This document shows positions 21,284 to 30,039 of a DNA stretch of 57,927 nt, piece after piece. This DNA is from Spirochaetota bacterium. Its GTDB lineage: Bacteria > Spirochaetota > UBA12135 > COTS27 > CBDBHE01. The stretch covers positions 1 through 57,927 of the forward strand of contig CBDBHE010000004.1 in the NCBI GenBank assembly GCA_965205605.1, given 5' to 3'. The notes below the pieces were generated by a model, which saw nothing but the letters and a program-made list of their open reading frames with translations, was not told the origin of the DNA and did not search any database. Every line of letters begins with the position of its first letter. Within the stretch, counting starts at the first letter, position 1. The position numbers and the translations under genes are program-made.

Positions 21284-23854
21284 ATGTCAATGAGATTTTT
21301 TTTAACCACATCGTGTGTGAAATACATACCTAAATATATTTTATTTATATCTATATCTGTTTTAATATTGACTACGTTAGGAGTATGTAAAAATGAAACA
21401 ACTTCAAAGCTCAAGTCAAAACAAATAGCTATCGAATCTCTAAGAAAACATTTCTCCAAGAATCGTCACAGAGGGCATCAATTAAAAAGATATAAATTAC
21501 CCCTTGATAAGTACATCAAATTATTAGACTCCAATGGAGAGTTTACAGATCTAAAACAAGAATTAAATGAAATTAGAAAAAAAAAATTACATTTAAATAA
21601 ATATGGAATCTCTCAGAAAAAAGTATCTAAGGTAAACACAATTGCTTTTAATCGTTTATGGAAGATTGCTGAGAGTATGCGAGGAAATAAAGATAGCAAT
21701 CTTATTAAAAATTCTGTTTTTATAAAACTGTGTAAAGGAATAATTCTATATGGAAATCTAGAATTAAGTCGTGCAAATGTATCAGGGGGACGATTTCACC
21801 CATCTTGTTTTGCGATTCCCACGGCTGCTATTAATATTTATTTTTCTCTTTTTGATATGATGAACGCTGTAGAAACTAAAAAACAGAAGAGTGAAAGATT
21901 AGTAGAAATAAATGATGTATTAAAAAGAGTGGGGATGCAGTCTTGGACTCAGCCTTATCGTAAAGATAAAACAGATTTAGATGTGGTACAAGTAGATCGT
22001 TTTAGAGGTCATGTTTGGTGGGTAGGGGGTAATGCAATTAGTTATCGCTCTGTACTCCCAGCTTCTGTGATGATGAGCTCTATTAAAATGATCGATGTGT
22101 TAGCTAAAGTCTATTATGGCTCTTTAAGTGTGGTGTCACAAAATACTTATGACAAAGCTTTTTGGGTAGAAGGGTGTACAGCAGATGGTGCTGGATGGGG
22201 ACATGGCAAACAATGTTTGGTATGGGGATATCCTGCTGATGGACTTCTTAGTGCATTAAAATCAATAAAAACATTAAAAGAGACTCCTTGGGGAGCGACT
22301 TTAACAGAAGATAATAAAGAAACAATTTTTAACTACATTAGAGGGTCATCTTGGTATTATTATAAAGGATTAAGGATTCCTGCTACAGGTAGAGGTAGTA
22401 TGGGATACAAAACGAATAAAACAAAACCTAAAACTCTCTCCCTTGTAAAAATACTCAAAAACAATTGGTTTGATTTTTTGACATCTAGCCAAAAAAAAGA
22501 GATAAAAGCATTAGAAACCAATATGAAAAATGAACGTATGCGTATGCTTGGTTTTCCTCAAGGGATGTACAACGGGACCCGTTGGTTTTACAATAATGAT
22601 AATTTGGTAAAGAAAAACGATAATTATCATATTTATGTCAGTATGGCATCAGTACGTTGTGATGGCATTGAAAGTGCCTACGTTATGGCCGATGGATATA
22701 ACTTTTATACCTGCGATGGGATGACGCTTTATCAAAGAGAAGGAAACGAATATAGTCAAGCCATGGGTGGATGGAATCTGACCGCTATTCCAGGTGTGAC
22801 AAGTAGACAGGGAGAAGATAAGCTAAAGCCAATTGTAAATTGGAGAGGGTATTGTAGTAAACACAATTATGCTGGAGCTGCTACAAGTGGTAAGGAAAAC
22901 GCTGTCTCTGGTTTTCAGTTTGAAAAATTAAATGCTTCTCAAAAAAAGAATGTGAATGATAGAGAGGGGTTGAGTAATGATGTTGAAATTTTATATGGTG
23001 TATCAGCTCATAAGTTTACTATGATGGCAGGAGACTACATGTTATCTCTAGGGTCAGGTATTAATAATTTAAAACAAGGTATTGAAGGAGATATATGGAC
23101 GACTGTTGACCAAACTTTATGGCAAAATTCGGTGAAAGTACTTGGAGAAGATTCTTTACAGAAGAGTTATTCTCTTGGTAAAAATAAAAGAATTGTCTTG
23201 AAAAAAGCTAGTGAAGGAGTCGTTAAAGATAGAGAAATATTATGGGCTTTTCAAAAAAATGGTTTTGCTTATGGGGTCCTTCCTTCTCAAACAACAGGTG
23301 AAGTTGTTTTAACATTACAAAATCGTAAGACAAAATGGAAAAAATTGAATTATTCCAATAAAAAGAAAAAAGATCTTCCTAAGAAAGTAAACATATTTCA
23401 GTTACACATCAACCATGGGAAAAAAGTTAAGGATGATCGTTATGGGTATATTACTTACTGCGGTACTGATACGGGTAAAATAGCTTTTAATAAAAATCCT
23501 TTTCTTGTTATAGAAAATACCACTAATATTCAGGCTGCACAAACTACAGATGGCTCCGTTATAGGAGTTTCTTTTTACAATAATAAAAAAACACTCAACG
23601 CAAAAGACTGGTCTATGTCTGTGAGTGTTCCTTGTGTGCTACTTTTAGAAAAAGAAAAATCTGGCTATAGATTGACAGTTACAGACCCTAAGCTTAATAA
23701 TAATTGTAAAAAGATAATTGTTAAAACAACATTAAAACTAAAAGAGGGGGCATCGGTAAAAAAAAAGGGGAAATGGAATGTTATCAAAGTTGATATGAAA
23801 GTAGATCAACAATGTGGTAAGCCCCAAAGTATTTTACTTGTAGATAATAAATAA
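21284..23854 (+). CDS. Polysaccharide lyase family 8 (chondroitin AC/hyaluronate lyase-like), secreted
   Basis: EGCTADGAGWGHG...WGY catalytic region, DGMTLYQREGNEY, WNLTAIPGVT, WTTVDQT, INHG...YGY, C-terminal LTVTDP; N-terminal signal. Confidence 0.85.
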   Translation: MSMRFFLTTSCVKYIPKYILFISISVLILTTLGVCKNETTSKLKSKQIAIESLRKHFSKNRHRGHQLKRYKLPLDKYIKLLDSNGEFTDLKQELNEIRKKKLHLNKYGISQKKVSKVNTIAFNRLWKIAESMRGNKDSNLIKNSVFIKLCKGIILYGNLELSRANVSGGRFHPSCFAIPTAAINIYFSLFDMMNAVETKKQKSERLVEINDVLKRVGMQSWTQPYRKDKTDLDVVQVDRFRGHVWWVGGNAISYRSVLPASVMMSSIKMIDVLAKVYYGSLSVVSQNTYDKAFWVEGCTADGAGWGHGKQCLVWGYPADGLLSALKSIKTLKETPWGATLTEDNKETIFNYIRGSSWYYYKGLRIPATGRGSMGYKTNKTKPKTLSLVKILKNNWFDFLTSSQKKEIKALETNMKNERMRMLGFPQGMYNGTRWFYNNDNLVKKNDNYHIYVSMASVRCDGIESAYVMADGYNFYTCDGMTLYQREGNEYSQAMGGWNLTAIPGVTSRQGEDKLKPIVNWRGYCSKHNYAGAATSGKENAVSGFQFEKLNASQKKNVNDREGLSNDVEILYGVSAHKFTMMAGDYMLSLGSGINNLKQGIEGDIWTTVDQTLWQNSVKVLGEDSLQKSYSLGKNKRIVLKKASEGVVKDREILWAFQKNGFAYGVLPSQTTGEVVLTLQNRKTKWKKLNYSNKKKKDLPKKVNIFQLHINHGKKVKDDRYGYITYCGTDTGKIAFNKNPFLVIENTTNIQAAQTTDGSVIGVSFYNNKKTLNAKDWSMSVSVPCVLLLEKEKSGYRLTVTDPKLNNNCKKIIVKTTLKLKEGASVKKKGKWNVIKVDMKVDQQCGKPQSILLVDNK

Positions 23855-24199
23855 CTATTCAATAATGGAGTTTATCGCTGATAAGCTTTGAAATCCGTTG
23901 AAGTAAGCACAAGTCACCATGTAGTTAGTGCTACTGACAAGTAACATGATCACTGAAGCAATGTATTCAGCAGGTGGGTTAAATCGTGGTAGTCCTTGTA
24001 AATCCATCGATGCGAAGATGAACTTCTTGATGATGTCGTCAACTCGAGCTCTGTCTTGAGCTATGAATGGGACTGATGTCTGAATGAAGTTGTAGTCGTC
24101 TTCGGTTATTCCGTAATGACTTAAGTCTTGAACGCCTGATGTGATTTTGATTTTTTAAATATCGAGAATAGCCTCTATTCGTAGGTCTTGGTCTTTCAT
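23855..24199 (-). pseudogene. Microviridae external scaffolding protein D homologue, nonsense codon at position 15, C-terminus short
   Basis: AGGAG SD (24206-24210), ATG 24199; reads MKDQDLRIEAILDI*KIKITSGVQDLSHYGITEDDYNFIQTSVPFIAQDRARVDDIIKKFIFASMDLQGLPRFNPPAEYIASVIMLLVSSTNYMVTCAYFNGFQSLSAINSIIE*; matches phiX174 D blocks TEDDFDF, IATDRSR, LDFVGYPRFPAPVEFIAAVI (recalled from memory). Confidence 0.85.
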
Positions 24200-24280
24200 T
24201 TTTTTCTCCTAATTATTTTACTTAGAAGAAAAAATTCACAAACTACCCTGAAGTTAACATAATAGGTATTATGGGAAGTA
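24145..24280. repeat. Left arm of perfect 136-bp inverted repeat
   Basis: Exact reverse complement of 24993-25128 by direct reading. Confidence 0.97.
24252..24279 (-). other. dif-like XerC/XerD recombination site (left copy)
   Basis: Minus strand ACTTCCCATAA-TACCTA-TTATGTTAACT; XerD arm 10/11 to E. coli TTATGTTAAAT, XerC arm 9/11 to B. subtilis ACTTCCTAGAA, 6-bp spacer. Confidence 0.9.
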
Positions 24281-24646
24281 CGCAATAAAGACACAGTCGG
24301 CATAGAAACAATCGGTTACGGCAGAAACTTAAGAGACAGAGGCATCACAGACAACGAAGCAGAATACTTACTACAAAACGACATCGAAGACCATAAACAA
24401 AGACTACTAGAAAAAAAACCCTGGATACGAGAAATACCATCAATACCCAGACGATGGGTACTATACAACATGGCATTCAACTTAGGAGTTAATGGACTAC
24501 TACAATTCAAAAACACCTTATCACTCATCAAAAAAAAACAATACAAACAAGCATCAAAATCGATGCTAAAATCAAAATGGGCAAAGCAAGTAGGCAAACG
24601 AGCCACTACCCTAGCCCACCAAATGAAAACAGGAGAATGGAAATGA
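24281..24646 (+). pseudogene. Phage lysozyme (GH24/T4-like endolysin), 5'-truncated
   Basis: Reads KDTVGIETIGYGRNLRDRGITDNEAEYLLQNDI...VLYNMAFNLGVNGLLQFKNTL...ASKSMLKSKWAKQVGKRATTLAHQMKTGEWK*; no start codon, and the N-terminal (H)EG catalytic Glu segment is replaced by the dif site. Confidence 0.9.
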
Positions 24647-24924
24647 AAAAATTAATAATCATGATGTTGCTATTATTCAATCTAGCCTTTAGTTACGAGG
24701 TATTATACTTTATTCGTTTTACAGATAAATATAATAGTCTTGATAATAATAAAATTACTGAAGTTAGAAATGGGATTGAGATTTATAACCTTTTAAATAT
24801 AGAAAAGATTATAAAAAAGAAGAAAAAACAAGGTTATCGAGTGGTACAATTTTGTCCTGTAGTGTTTGTAGAAAAAGCGGAGATTTTTGTTTTACTAGAA
24901 AAAACAGAAAATAAAAAAAAGTAG
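24643..24924 (+). CDS. Small secreted hypothetical protein, 93 aa
   Basis: AGGAG SD at 24631-24635, ATGA overlap with lysozyme stop, signal peptide MKKLIIMMLLLFNLAFS. Confidence 0.75.
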   Translation: MKKLIIMMLLLFNLAFSYEVLYFIRFTDKYNSLDNNKITEVRNGIEIYNLLNIEKIIKKKKKQGYRVVQFCPVVFVEKAEIFVLLEKTENKKK

Positions 24925-24953
24925 TTGATAAAAAATAAAAAATGGACTATAAA
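24925..24953 (+). promoter_or_regulatory. Putative sigma70 promoter pointing through the right dif site into the gene D stub
   Basis: TTGATA-N17-TATAAA; weak evidence in AT-rich DNA. Confidence 0.5.
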
Positions 24954-24992
24954 TAGATATAAATTTATATAAAATTACCTTAGAAATAAGTT

Positions 24993-25128
24993 TACTTCCC
25001 ATAATACCTATTATGTTAACTTCAGGGTAGTTTGTGAATTTTTTCTTCTAAGTAAAATAATTAGGAGAAAAAAATGAAAGACCAAGACCTACGAATAGAG
25101 GCTATTCTCGATATTTAAAAAATCAAAA
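24993..25128. repeat. Right arm of perfect 136-bp inverted repeat (dif + SD + first 18 codons of gene D)
   Basis: Exact reverse complement of 24145-24280; ATG at 25074, TAA at 25116-25118. Confidence 0.97.
24994..25021 (+). other. dif-like XerC/XerD recombination site (right copy)
   Basis: ACTTCCCATAA-TACCTA-TTATGTTAACT. Confidence 0.9.
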
Positions 25129-25262
25129 AGCATGGATATTTCATAAATATATTGTATTATCTTAACACTAGTTAAAAAAAAATTTACGACCTCACGCTTT
25201 ATAATAGATTATTATTCTTTAAATTTTAATTATTAGTTTTAAAACACCTGTAATAGAAAAAA

Positions 25263-26372
25263 ATGAAATTAAAAGAGAAAATATTAGTAATCTCTCCTTT
25301 TACAAGAGACATTGAATACATTCGATTTATTTTAGAGCCCAACTATCAAATTTTTGAAGGGAAAGAATACAAGCAAGTCAGCACTTTATTAAAAATTAGC
25401 AATGCTAAATTACTCATTATTATTATGATGGGATTTGAGACAAATGAAGATGTTAAATTAATCAATCAAATTAAAAAAGAAAATAATTCTTTAAGCATTG
25501 CTATGATTTTTGAAAATAGCGAGAAACGTTCAGAAGTATTTATACAAGATATAGATGCTTACTTAATTAAGCCTTTTTTTAAAAAAGAAATTGAACTGAT
25601 GGTTGATTGTGTTTTTAAAAAAATAGAAAAACACAATCAATTATTAAATGTTAATCATAAGCTTTATCAAGAAAAAGAAAACTTAAAAAAATATTTTTCA
25701 GAAGAAGTGATCAAAATGATTGAAAAAAAAAAATCAATGAATTCATTAGAGAGTTCTTATTTAAAAGTGACTGCCCTTTTTGTTGATATAAGAAATTTTA
25801 CTAGTTTGGGAGAAAATTTAGGTCCGAAAAATCTTGCTAAGGTTTTAAATCTTATTTTTACAGATATGATCGATATTATTTTTTCACATAAAGGATCCAT
25901 TAATAAAATTATAGGAGATGCTTTATTAACAACTTTTGGCTGCCCTTTTCCGTCAGATGAAGATAGTTTTAATGCTATTAAATGTGCCTTATCATTAATT
26001 AATACTGTTTTGGTATTTAATAAAGTGCCACCTGAATTTTTAAAAAATAAAATAGAAATCGGAATTGGGCTTGCAACGGGGATGGTTTTCGCTGGTAATA
26101 TTGGATCATATCGCCGAATGGAATATACTGTTATTGGTGATATTGTTAATTTAGCTAGTCGGCTTCAAAATTTAACTAAAGAAGTTAATGGCAATATTAT
26201 TATCGATAAAAAAACATATGAAGAAAATAAAAATAAAATTGATGTAACGCTTTCTGAGCGTAATATAATTGAAGGTAAAACAGAGAAATTAAATATTTAT
26301 ATATTAAGGGGTATAAAAGAAGAAAAAAAAAATAATCAAATCGCTCAAACCAAACAAAATTGGAGACTTTAA
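25263..26372 (+). CDS. Class III adenylate/guanylate cyclase with degenerate N-terminal receiver domain
   Basis: LFVDIRNFT, KIIGDA, GNIGS...EYTVIGDIVNLASRLQ; REC-like N-terminus ending AYLIKPF. Confidence 0.92.
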   Translation: MKLKEKILVISPFTRDIEYIRFILEPNYQIFEGKEYKQVSTLLKISNAKLLIIIMMGFETNEDVKLINQIKKENNSLSIAMIFENSEKRSEVFIQDIDAYLIKPFFKKEIELMVDCVFKKIEKHNQLLNVNHKLYQEKENLKKYFSEEVIKMIEKKKSMNSLESSYLKVTALFVDIRNFTSLGENLGPKNLAKVLNLIFTDMIDIIFSHKGSINKIIGDALLTTFGCPFPSDEDSFNAIKCALSLINTVLVFNKVPPEFLKNKIEIGIGLATGMVFAGNIGSYRRMEYTVIGDIVNLASRLQNLTKEVNGNIIIDKKTYEENKNKIDVTLSERNIIEGKTEKLNIYILRGIKEEKKNNQIAQTKQNWRL

Positions 26373-26376
26373 AAAT

Positions 26377-26736
26377 ATGAATATTTTAGTGGTTGATGAC
26401 TCTTCTGTTATTAGAAATTTCATAACTCAGCTTTTAAAAGATGCCGGTCACATGGTTATTACAGGAGAAGATGGTAGGGTTGGCTTAGAAAAATATAAAG
26501 CATTTTCTGATTTAGATTTAATTATTTCAGATTATAATATGCCTAAGATGAATGGGATTGAATTTATTATTGAAGTTAGAAAATTAGATCAAGATATCCC
26601 TATTTTAATTTGCACTACTGAAGTAGAAGAAGAATACAAAATCAAAGGATCAAAAGCAGGTGCAAATGGTTGGCTTGTTAAACCTATTAAAGAAGATCAA
26701 TTATTGGATATTGTTAAACAAATTGAAGAAAAATAA
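26377..26736 (+). CDS. cheY: CheY-like single-domain response regulator
   Basis: ILVVDDS, IISDYNMPKMNG, TTE, WLVKP. Confidence 0.9.
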   Translation: MNILVVDDSSVIRNFITQLLKDAGHMVITGEDGRVGLEKYKAFSDLDLIISDYNMPKMNGIEFIIEVRKLDQDIPILICTTEVEEEYKIKGSKAGANGWLVKPIKEDQLLDIVKQIEEK

Positions 26737-26764
26737 AAGAGAAAATAAAAAATTTCGAGATTAA

Positions 26765-27070
26765 ATGGATTTTTTTAAAATAAAGAATAAAGTCTATATT
26801 TCTTTTAATGAGGATGAGCTTTTATCTGATACAGAAGAATTGAAAAATAAATTACTTTCCGTTCAAGGAAGTATTAATCAAATAAAACATTTTATTATTA
26901 CTCTTCATGATGTTTCTGATTTATCAATTACAAGTGTTGCCAGACTTTATAATTACACAAAAATTTTAGCAAAACAAGATGTAAGATGTGACATTAAAGC
27001 TAATGAAAAACTTTGTTGTTTATTACAAAACTTTCCTTTTAGTCATTGTTTTTTAGAGCCTAAAAATTAA
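26765..27070 (+). CDS. STAS-like small protein
   Basis: 101 aa, LHDVSDLSITSVARL resembles STAS motif; located in che operon. Confidence 0.5.
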   Translation: MDFFKIKNKVYISFNEDELLSDTEELKNKLLSVQGSINQIKHFIITLHDVSDLSITSVARLYNYTKILAKQDVRCDIKANEKLCCLLQNFPFSHCFLEPKN

Positions 27071-27076
27071 TTCATT

Positions 27077-29619
27077 ATGCCTGTAGATTACGTTGCTCTT
27101 AAAAAAAATTTTGTCGAAACTTCTTTAGAGTCTTTAGAAAATAGTGAAAAAAACATCTTGCTTTTAGAGAAAGAATATAATGATGAGTTAGTTGGTAGTA
27201 TTTTTCGTTCTATTCATTCCATTAAAGGAAGTGCTGGGATGTTTGGATTGGACAATCTTTCTAAGATGAGTCATGTTTTTGAAAACTACTTAAGTTTTTT
27301 TCGAAAAAATCAAAAAACGCTCACCTCTTCTGATACGAATTTTATCCTTAAAGGAGTAGATGTTTTAAGAGGTTTGCTTAAGGATATAGATAATAGTCAA
27401 AATATTGATTGTAAAGACTTGATTAAAGAATTTTCTTCAAAATTACTTAATTTTGAAAACAAAACTGATTTTAATTTAAATGGAACCCCACCCTCTTCTA
27501 CTGAAAAAATCAAAATAATGTTATATCAGAAAAAGATGACTTTAAACTCAACATTCCAACTGTTTTTCTTGATAAAGCGAAGACACTAAAACATTATTTA
27601 ATTTATATCAGCTTTGATCTTATAGGAAGTGGTTTTTCTTACTTTAGTGAGTTACAGAAATATTTTAATTATTTGCCAATTTCGTGTAGCCTTTTCAAAA
27701 AAGGAATTATTAATGTTCCTCAAAATTCAAGCATTGAAAACCTCGATCGATTATCTTATTATTTTATTTTTTTAAGTAATCAACTTATTAAAAAAGATTC
27801 AAGAAAAATCGGTGAAATAAAACTCAAAAACCTTAAAATTTTATATGATCCTACTAAAAATAATGAAGAAACTTTAATTGAGAAAGTTGAAGAAAAGAAA
27901 TTAGAAAGTAATGAAAATAAAATTTCAAATGATAATAAAGATTATACATTTAAAATCGATACCAAAACTTTAGAAGACTTAATGACTCTTCTTGAAGAAA
28001 TCACTTTAATTAGAAATTCTCTTTCAAATAGAATTAGTTTTTTAAAAGATTCTGATAGTGAAATTTTTGTAAAACGGCTTAAATTTCTTATTAATTCTAT
28101 TAAAGATCATATTTATAAAATTAGACTTCAAGATATAAATTTACTGTTTAATAAATTATTTCGTATTTCAAGAGACGCTGCTCAGAAAAGTGGAAAAAGA
28201 ATTAAACTCATTACAGATGCAAATAATGTCAAATTAGACCGTAAGCTTTTAGATTTCATCGAATCCCCTCTTGTCCATATTTTACGTAATGCTATCGATC
28301 ATGGCATTGAAACTCCAGACCAAAGAGAAAAACTTAATAAAAATAAAGAAGGCATCATAAAAATTAGTGCCAGTCTCCATAGAAGAAAAATTATTCTTGA
28401 AATTCAAGATGATGGGAAAGGACTTGATTTAGATAAAATTAAAAACCTTGCAATACAAAGAGGTTTAGTTGATAAAGATAAGGTTGATTCATTAGTTAAA
28501 AAAGAAATAATTGATTTTATTTTTTCGCCTGGTTTTAGTACAACCAAAAAAGTCACCTCTCTTTCTGGAAGAGGTGTTGGAATGGATGTTGTTTCATCTC
28601 ATATCAAACAATTAAATGGTGGTGTGGATATAGATTTCACTCCTAATAAGGGTAGTACTTTTAGAATAAACATCCCTCAAACAATGAGTATCGTTTCTTG
28701 TTTAATTCTTAAGAATTTAGATTCGTACTTTTCTATATTAGAACAAGATGTAGAACAAATTATAAAGTATAACTCAGCTAATGAAATTGTGAAAGAAAAA
28801 ATTAATAATAAAAACAAAACAATAGAAATGTATCAATTTCAAGATACTTATCTACCTATGTTGAAACTAGATAAAATTTGTAATCAAAACTTTGTTCAAA
28901 AAAGAGACTCTAACAATTCTATTATTATCATTATAAATAGTGGTTGCTACCGGTTTGCTATTTTAACAGACAAAGTGATTGATACAGAGGATGTTGTTAT
29001 CAAACATTCTGGAAAAAAATTTAATTCTATTTTGGAGTATTCAGGGATGACTATATTAGGAAGTGGAGAAATTGCTTTAATTCTTGATGTTTATGCGATT
29101 ATTAATCATTATTTTAATGAAGAAAGTAAACAAGCTTATCAAGAAAAATCAAAAAAAAAGATTACAAGTATTCGTATAAAAAAGTCATTTTTAGTCTTTT
29201 TAATTTTGAATCAAAAAATATCGTTTCTAACAAATAGTATTACTAAAATTCAACGGCTTTTTCCTAAGCAGTTACTTTTCTTAGCGGGTAAAAAATATCT
29301 TAATTATAGAAAACGAACCATTCCTATTGTTAATTTAGAAGATTTTTTTTTAAATCAAACAGTATCGAATGAAACAAAACCTAGTATTCCTAAAAACAAG
29401 AATAGTAAGTATTTGATTTTCATTAAATTAAAAGATCAAATTTTTGCTTTATTATTAAGTAATATTCTTGAGGTTGTTCATAAAGTTGATTTAATTGAAG
29501 AAGGCAAATTGAAAAATAAGTTTTTATTAGGTAATTTAAAAATTAATGATGAGACGATTCCTTTTATTAATTTAGAGATGATTGTGAATGAATTTTTAGT
29601 TAGATCTAAAGACGCATGA
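27077..29619 (+). CDS. cheA: Chemotaxis histidine kinase CheA, split by a -1 frameshift in A6 run 27504-27509
   Basis: Hpt FRSIHSIKGSAG; HILRNAIDHGIE, DDGKG, FSPGFST, SGRGVGMDVV; CheW domains; one added A joins both ORFs (...TEKNQNNVISEKDDFK...). Confidence 0.92.
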
Positions 29620-30038
29620 AAATTTTAACTTACTTTATAGGAAATGGATTGTATGGACTCTTATTAGATCAAATCATTGAAGTTACTGAAAACAATATCA
29701 ATTATACTAAAGTTCCAAAATCTCCTACATCTATTTTTGGCCTTCTTAATTTACGTGGGGAAATTATTACCTTGTTAGATTTAAATCAAATTCTTTATAA
29801 TACACCGATAAATAGCTTAAGTGATGATAAAAATTTTAGGGTTATTCGTATTAAAAAAAATAACGAAAATCTTGGCATCATTATTAATGAAATTTCAGAG
29901 ATTTATAATGTCAATCAAAATGATCTTCGTACTGTTCCTCCAGATATCAAAAATAGCCAAACTGAATATATTTCAAATGTTATTTATATTAATGAAAAAC
30001 TGGTTTTTTTAATCAATATAAATAAATTAGAAGGTTAA
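29616..30038 (+). CDS. cheW: Chemotaxis coupling protein CheW
   Basis: TKVPKSP.IFGLLNLRGEIITLLDL. Confidence 0.93.
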   Translation: MKILTYFIGNGLYGLLLDQIIEVTENNINYTKVPKSPTSIFGLLNLRGEIITLLDLNQILYNTPINSLSDDKNFRVIRIKKNNENLGIIINEISEIYNVNQNDLRTVPPDIKNSQTEYISNVIYINEKLVFLININKLEG

Positions 30039-30039
30039 A

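Noticed and set aside
23855-24060. Overprinted lysis gene E within the gene D homologue
   Set aside because: The frame I translated at the equivalent position gives RWIYKDYHDLTHLLNTLLQ* with no start and no transmembrane helix
24316-24606. 96-aa minus-strand ORF from the ORF track
   Set aside because: Antisense shadow of the lysozyme frame, which carries the recognisable motifs
24577-24642. N-terminal extension of the 115-aa ORF
   Set aside because: Overlaps the lysozyme 3' end; SD, ATGA coupling and signal peptide point to a start at 24643
24145-25128. Inverted repeat as IS/MITE terminal repeats
   Set aside because: No transposase or target duplication seen; the arms consist of dif, SD and coding sequence
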